Source of the DNA: Podarcis erhardii | Lineage: Eukaryota | Length of the DNA: 64,000 bases | Assembly: GCA_964252035.1 (NCBI GenBank) | Contig: OZ176202.1 | Strand: one strand, 5' to 3' | Shown here: one piece after another, positions 62,985 to 64,000 of the stretch | Position numbering within the stretch: position 1 is the stretch's first letter | How the letters are laid out: every line of letters begins with the position of its first letter | Made by a program: the position numbers and the translations under genes | Notes under the pieces: generated by a model | Seen by the model: the letters and a program-made list of their open reading frames with translations, nothing else | What the model was told of the DNA's origin: nothing | Database searches by the model: none

Positions 62985-64000
62985 AAAGAGTTAAATAGAA
63001 AGCTAGCAAATATCTTACTGTTAAATTAGATTTTTCTATCTGCTGTTCTCCAAAGGCCTAACTGCTGGTATGTGTTTCTGTGTGTTGCACACACATCCCA
63101 TCCTATACACGTGAATGGAATTGAAGCTGCAAATGGTTGTTTTATGGAAAAAATGCATTGACAGCTTCAGGCTTTTTATGGAATTCCTCCCATTAATGCA
63201 GCAGACACTTAATCAGATAGTCAATATATAGATATATTACAGTATGTATGACAGTATGTAAATCTCTAAACTCTACTTGAGTTCCTTGTTTGGGAGAAGG
63301 GGAGAATATTATAGGAGAAAAGCAAACAGAAAAATCTCTGTATTTATTGTCTAAGAAGTAGAAATAGAAAAAAGTGATTAAATACTTAAGGGTCTGGAGT
63401 TGTGCAAATTACACCCATGAGCACTTATTTGAACAAGAGTAGATTATTGGGGGTGATGGGGGTGGCCCTGCCTGAATGGCATTTCAATTAATGTGTATTC
63501 AGCATTAAATACATTTTCCATTTGGAAAGGTGCAAAGCACTTTGCAGAGCTGTTAATACTGTATTCAATCATCTGCACTCCTGTGGGAACTTACCCAGTT
63601 GCTTCAGCCCTTGTTTAGAGCCCAAGATCAAGATAGCAACCATGAGTTGTTAAATCGATGTTGTCTATTCTATTCTATTCTGTCATGATGTCAGTACCAG
63701 TTTCTGGACTGATAAAGCCGGGTGGGAAATCTGGTGGAAGAGGCTGTTGTGGCTCATGGGTCTGATAAATGTCTGGCTGACAACAAAAGGCTAGCCATGT
63801 GGAAAATGTGATTAAAGAAATGACATAAATAACAAAACCGCCTGGTGCTTAAAAGGGTTTAATGAGTCATTGTGCCATTTGCCCAGAAGGTCCCTTCTTC
63901 CTACCTGGAAAACAAAACTGAGTATCACGTAAAGAAGGCCCAAATGCATCTGATACTCACATTCAGCACTCCTGTGTGATCTTTTGCCATTCAGTCTTCA

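Noticed and set aside
21880-63870. Scattered AP-1 heptamers (TGACTCA/TGAGTCA)
   Set aside because: The count is compatible with chance in 64 kb and there is no clear cluster.
58220-64000. PEX7 exon 6 (DQTLRIWD...)
   Set aside because: No matching peptide with splice sites found; presumed beyond the window end.

Overview
Eukaryotic genomic DNA from a squamate reptile, most likely a lacertid lizard (inferred from the Sauria SINE, Bov-B, Penelope and CR1/L2 repeat content). Two spliced genes lie head-to-head, with start codons about 8.7 kb apart. On the minus strand is MAP3K5/ASK1, coding exons 1-6 (39259 down to 3084); the gene continues past position 1. On the plus strand is PEX7, coding exons 1-5 (47997-58219); exon 6 was not found in the window. 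All exon boundaries were read by hand, are GT-AG and keep the frame. The rest is intron and intergenic DNA rich in MITEs, SINEs and LINE fragments. The most notable observation is a Penelope-like pLTR remnant about 0.95 kb upstream of PEX7 that carries a minimal type I hammerhead ribozyme core on the minus strand. A local 14-nt triplication could let this normally dimer-dependent ribozyme fold as a monomer. Other leads are a candidate alternative first exon of MAP3K5 in intron 1, upstream ORFs at both genes, a changed Akt (Ser83) motif in ASK1 and a perfect 32-bp inverted repeat. Repeat family names come from recognising motifs, not from a database search, and boundaries of old repeats are approximate.
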